64,000 nt of DNA from an uncultured Gammaproteobacteria bacterium (GTDB taxonomy: Bacteria; Patescibacteriota; Patescibacteriia; UBA9934): positions 25,892 to 89,891 of the forward strand of contig CAZTKG010000004.1 of the NCBI GenBank assembly GCA_964613815.1, written 5' to 3'. This document shows, piece by piece, positions 59,858 to 64,000 of this stretch (positions are counted from its first letter, which is position 1; each line of letters begins with the position of its first letter). The notes beneath the pieces are model-generated. The model was given only the letters and a program-made list of their open reading frames with translations. It was not told the DNA's origin and ran no database searches. The position numbers and the translations under genes were made by a program.

Positions 59858-62767
59858 TTATTCCACGTCCTCGATCAAGCTGAATTGAGAGGTATCAACT
59901 GTTTCTTGGATCTTCACCTGAACAGGCGTCGCTTGGACATTATCTCCATCAGAGCTCTCTGCAGTCGCGGAAATGAGATAGTCGCCAGCTTCGGGTAGTG
60001 CCCAAGGAACAATGGTGACCGCAGATGCATCTCCGGCATCAATGACCTCAATCGCGATCCCGGTCCATCGCTCAGAAATCTCAACCTTTAAATCACGGAG
60101 CCGACTTGAATTCGACATCTCCAGCACAATATTATACGCATCCGAAGAGCGTTCAATGATCTGATTATCAAACGGATTCGTAATCGAGATCCGCTCACTA
60201 ACGGCGTCATTCTTCACCGTGATTCGAACAGAGTCACTTCCAGCATTATCAACATCGTCATAAGCGGTCACGGTCAATGTATGCGACCCACCATCAACCC
60301 AAGAGGGAAGAGTCAGCTTCGCGCCAGTCGTCCGAGAACTGACAGCAATAAGTGTCCCATCGATAAAATATTCCATGCGGTCAATCCCGCGCCGAGAGCT
60401 CGCGTCAACAGAAACGCTAAAGGTTCGATCAACAGAACTATTCTTAGACGGCGAATCAATATCAACCTTCGGCGCATTCGCCTTCACATGCACATCGTCC
60501 TCATCAGTCGGGACCTCACAGTTCTCTAGAGGTGCCTCACCCTCCGTCAGATTCGCGTTATACGTCTCAAGGTAACTCTGGACCCCAGCCTCCCAAGATT
60601 CGTAATCTGGGTCACTCTGAGGGTTTTCAGGAATTCCGGCAAGAGGATCATTACGATCAACGAAATGCAGGATCGTATGATACTCCCCACAAACAACCGT
60701 TTCCTTAAACCGATCCGGAGTCAGATCCGTCGCAAGCTGACCAGAAGCACTATCAATAACAACAAGCTCGCTAGGAATCTCCCCATCCAAAATCGCATTC
60801 CCAGTCACAGGAATTTCCGGCTCAACAAAACTCTCTACACCTTTCCCGGCATGAGCACTCTCCATAAACGCATTCCAAATCGGCGCAGCAACGGCGCTAC
60901 CACCAGCACCACCGCGCATCTGTGATCCATCCGTGTTCCCAGTCCAAACCCCAGCGACAATCTGCGGAGTATATCCAACCGTCCAAGCATCTTTGTAGTC
61001 ATTTGTCGTACCGGTCTTCGCGGCGGCAGCACGACCACTCAGGGTTAAGTAATTATTCTCCCCAAAGTACGGCGTCCGCGCAACATTGTCAGAAAGCACA
61101 TCAGAAATCATCGCCGCAACATTACTATCAAGAACCTCCTCACCTTCATTCTCTTCAGCCTTCCAAACAAGAAGCTCTTCACCATCAGGATCCTTCACCT
61201 CCAAAATCGAAACCGGCTCAAAGTACATTCCTCCAGTCGCAAACACGCCATACGCACCGACATGCTCCAACAGCTCAACCTCCGCCCCACCAAGAACCAT
61301 AGAAAGTCCAAACCGAGATCGATCTTCAAGTGTCGTATACCGAAGTCTCTCAGCAAAATCAGCGCCAGCATCAGTAGAAATAAGAGACAGAAGCTTCACT
61401 GCAGGAATATTCAAAGACCCCTGAAGCGCACTCCGAAGTGTCACCGGACCATGCTCCTCAAGATCATAGTTATGCGGTTCATACGGGTCGGTATCCGTCG
61501 CAAACGTCGTTAGCGTGTCCCACAAAATCGAATTCGGCGTATACCCAAGCTCAAACGCGGCAGTATAAATAATCGGTTTAAAACTAGACCCTGGCTGAAG
61601 TGGTCGCATCGTCACATTCACCTGCCCATCAATGTCATCATCAAAATAATCCGCAGACCCAACCATAGCGAGCACCTCTCCAGTATTCGGATCAAGCGCA
61701 ACAAGCCCAGAGTTATTAAACCCGTATTCTGCACTCCGTTTTTCTCGATTCGCCTCCACAGCCTCCTCAGCAGCCTGCTGCATCTCAAAATCCAAACTCG
61801 TTTTCACAATGAGCCCTCCTTGCTCAACCGTTCGCTCTGTATACAGCTCCTCTAACTGCTCCTTCACCCAAAGCACGAAATGCGGCGCCTCAATATTCGA
61901 AATAGAAATGTCAACCGCAGTATCACTCGCGATCGCAGCATCAGCCTCCTCCTGACTCACATATCCAAGCTCAGCCATGCTAGAAACAATCCAGTCACGC
62001 CGTGCCTTCAATTCATCAGGGTTATTGAGAAGGGTAGTAGGAGCCTTCGGAAGCGCAGCAAGCGTGGCAGCCTCCCCAAGCGAAAGGTCTTTAGCCTGCT
62101 TCTGAAAATACGCAAGCGCCGCAGATTCAATCCCATAGTTCGTCGACCCATAAGGGATTTCGTTCAAATACAACTGCAAAATCTCATCCTTCGTATATCG
62201 CCGCTCAAGCGCAAGCGACAAAATAACCTCCTTCAGCTTTCGTGTATACGTCTGCTCATTCGTCAGAATCGCATTCTTCACAAGTTGTTGCGTAATCGTG
62301 CTTCCTCCCTGTCCGGTTGGGTCAAACGTCGTAATGTTCACAAACATTGCTCGCAAAATACCCTTAATATCAATCCCGCTGTGCGTATAAAAGTGCCGGT
62401 CTTCAGCGGTGATGGTCGCATATGGGACATACGAAGGAAGTTCTTCAAGTGTTACAAGCGTCCGCTTTTCATCCCCGGCAATCTCATAAAGGAGGTGCTC
62501 GCCACTTCGATCATAAATCTTCGTAGACTGCGCAACTTCGCGCTCGGTAAGCGAATTCGGGTCCGGCAAGTCACGTGAGAGCCAGGCAAACAAGCCTAAA
62601 AATAAAATAGATCCGAGTAAGATAACGGCAATGCTAAGCAAAAACAGATTTTTTGCAAAACGAGCTTTATTCATCTTCCGTTTCCCCTTGCTCGAGGAGC
62701 TTCGTCGCTTTTTAGAAAATTGACTCTTTTTCTTGCTAGAAGCCCAAGTTTGACCGCGTCTCGCCAT
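59858..62767 (-). CDS. class A penicillin-binding protein (PBP1A family) with C-terminal Ig-like domains
   Basis: EDRHFY, GGSTITQQLVKN, RKLKE, GSSFKP, SLN, KTGTT. Confidence 0.95.
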   Translation of the reverse strand: MARRGQTWASSKKKSQFSKKRRSSSSKGKRKMNKARFAKNLFLLSIAVILLGSILFLGLFAWLSRDLPDPNSLTEREVAQSTKIYDRSGEHLLYEIAGDEKRTLVTLEELPSYVPYATITAEDRHFYTHSGIDIKGILRAMFVNITTFDPTGQGGSTITQQLVKNAILTNEQTYTRKLKEVILSLALERRYTKDEILQLYLNEIPYGSTNYGIESAALAYFQKQAKDLSLGEAATLAALPKAPTTLLNNPDELKARRDWIVSSMAELGYVSQEEADAAIASDTAVDISISNIEAPHFVLWVKEQLEELYTERTVEQGGLIVKTSLDFEMQQAAEEAVEANREKRSAEYGFNNSGLVALDPNTGEVLAMVGSADYFDDDIDGQVNVTMRPLQPGSSFKPIIYTAAFELGYTPNSILWDTLTTFATDTDPYEPHNYDLEEHGPVTLRSALQGSLNIPAVKLLSLISTDAGADFAERLRYTTLEDRSRFGLSMVLGGAEVELLEHVGAYGVFATGGMYFEPVSILEVKDPDGEELLVWKAEENEGEEVLDSNVAAMISDVLSDNVARTPYFGENNYLTLSGRAAAAKTGTTNDYKDAWTVGYTPQIVAGVWTGNTDGSQMRGGAGGSAVAAPIWNAFMESAHAGKGVESFVEPEIPVTGNAILDGEIPSELVVIDSASGQLATDLTPDRFKETVVCGEYHTILHFVDRNDPLAGIPENPQSDPDYESWEAGVQSYLETYNANLTEGEAPLENCEVPTDEDDVHVKANAPKVDIDSPSKNSSVDRTFSVSVDASSRRGIDRMEYFIDGTLIAVSSRTTGAKLTLPSWVDGGSHTLTVTAYDDVDNAGSDSVRITVKNDAVSERISITNPFDNQIIERSSDAYNIVLEMSNSSRLRDLKVEISERWTGIAIEVIDAGDASAVTIVPWALPEAGDYLISATAESSDGDNVQATPVQVKIQETVDTSQFSLIEDVE

Positions 62768-63017
62768 AAAACACAAGTTATAAAGGGGTTTTGCACAAAA
62801 AACTGTACACACCCAGGGGAAAAGTATGTGGATAATCTGGGGCTATCTTACCAGTTTTTACCAAATTAGACAACTTTTTAAGGGAAAAAACAGGGCTAAT
62901 TTTAGGCAAGAATCAGACTTATCCGTTGACGAAAGGGCAAAAATATGGTATAGTGCTCTTACTCGTGAAAGCGGGTTTTTTTGTTGCCCAGGGTTCGTCT
63001 CCTGGAAAACATCGTCT

Positions 63018-63578
63018 ATGAACTATAAGCGCATCCAAAATACGCTTGAGCGGCTTTTTATTATTATAAAGTCGTCTCCAATCGAAGCAGGCATTATTGC
63101 AATAATGCTAATACTATTGTGTTACGCCACATTTCTTGGAGAGGTACATGCAGATGCTCCCGCAGTATCAAACTCCGTAAAACAGGCAACAGCACTACAA
63201 GTAAAGGCAATCCAGAACAGCTTGGCTGATTTCGGAACATTGCCGGTTGCTTCGTATCGAGGACCAGACTACTCCATGGAGGTCGCAGTGACAGCGTATA
63301 ACTCAGTGCCGTGGCAAACCGATGACACGCCATGTATTGGAGCGCAGGGAACAGATATTTGTGCCTTTCTAGAGGCCGGATACAACACATGTGCAGCAAA
63401 CTTCGTACCACTGGGAACGGTCATCGAAGTCGACGGACTTGGTCTTTGTACCGTTCGTGACCGAATGAACGCCCGGTATTGGTACCGAGTCGACTGGTAC
63501 ATGGGAATGGACATCGAATCCGCGAAACAATTTGGACTCAAGGTCCTTGACGTAGATGTCTACGCATCAAATTCATAA
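63018..63578 (+). CDS. 3D-domain (double-psi beta-barrel) cell-wall protein
   Basis: VTAYNS..QTDDTP..AANFVPLGT..V.DRMN.RY..RVD. Confidence 0.8.
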   Translation: MNYKRIQNTLERLFIIIKSSPIEAGIIAIMLILLCYATFLGEVHADAPAVSNSVKQATALQVKAIQNSLADFGTLPVASYRGPDYSMEVAVTAYNSVPWQTDDTPCIGAQGTDICAFLEAGYNTCAANFVPLGTVIEVDGLGLCTVRDRMNARYWYRVDWYMGMDIESAKQFGLKVLDVDVYASNS

Positions 63579-63646
63579 CAAAAGCGACCCTCCGGGGTCG
63601 TTTTTGCGTTGATTAGAAAGGGGTGCTCTGATAGCATCAAAGGCAT

Positions 63647-64000
63647 ATGAAAAAACTCTTCACAACAATAGGACTCGTGCTGCTCATGGGAGCAGGGTGC
63701 ATGGGCTCATTCGGATCAGACGCGCAATCTGAGCCAGAGCGTGAAACATGGTGGCTCACATTTGACCTCTCATCAGAGTGGGTAATAGCTCCAGCATACG
63801 ACGACGAGCAATTAATCGACGTCCAAGACGCGATCAGGAAAGAAGTAAATGAAATTTACATTCAAAACACGTCAAAGAACATATGGCTCACAGAAGGACA
63901 GTCTCCAACAGAAGAAGAAATTCAAAAATTAGGGGGCGATGAGGCAATTGTTTACGAAGATTTTACACTCATCCACATCATGCGCTTAGACAAGCGACGC
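63647..64000 (+). CDS. lipoprotein, truncated by window end
   Basis: MKKLFTTIGLVLLMGAGC lipobox; frame open to the end. Confidence 0.7.
   Translation, partial: MKKLFTTIGLVLLMGAGCMGSFGSDAQSEPERETWWLTFDLSSEWVIAPAYDDEQLIDVQDAIRKEVNEIYIQNTSKNIWLTEGQSPTEEEIQKLGGDEAIVYEDFTLIHIMRLDKRR

Overview
Chromosomal segment of a small-genome bacterium that looks like Patescibacteria/CPR (genetic code 11). It contains the rnpA-rpmH-oriC-dnaA-dnaN region, housekeeping genes (ychF, rmuC, rpsT, holA, polA, xer, rpsO, pnp, lspA, comM, hppA, tig, nfo, yidD, PBP1A), three tRNAs and a cluster of large surface proteins. The standout signal is a divergent retron-like reverse transcriptase (27143-28408) in an apparent operon with a MoxR-type AAA+ ATPase and a vWA protein, accompanied by about 19 related ~185-270-nt non-coding units (18 complete, 1 degenerate). 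Three units lie upstream of the RT, six are interleaved between the operon genes, one follows the operon, and nine form an array ~11 kb downstream. Each complete unit reads [7-8-nt arm]-GCTAG-like motif, a conserved short GC stem-loop, a unit-specific long hairpin region, then CG-[reverse complement of the arm]. The arms differ between units but stay complementary. This is retron msr/msd (a1/a2) architecture multiplied into a library with different cargo hairpins. The window also opens with two paralogous Cas7/RAMP-like genes next to a DinG helicase, with no CRISPR array visible. All calls come from reading the sequence by eye; no searches or folding programs were run.
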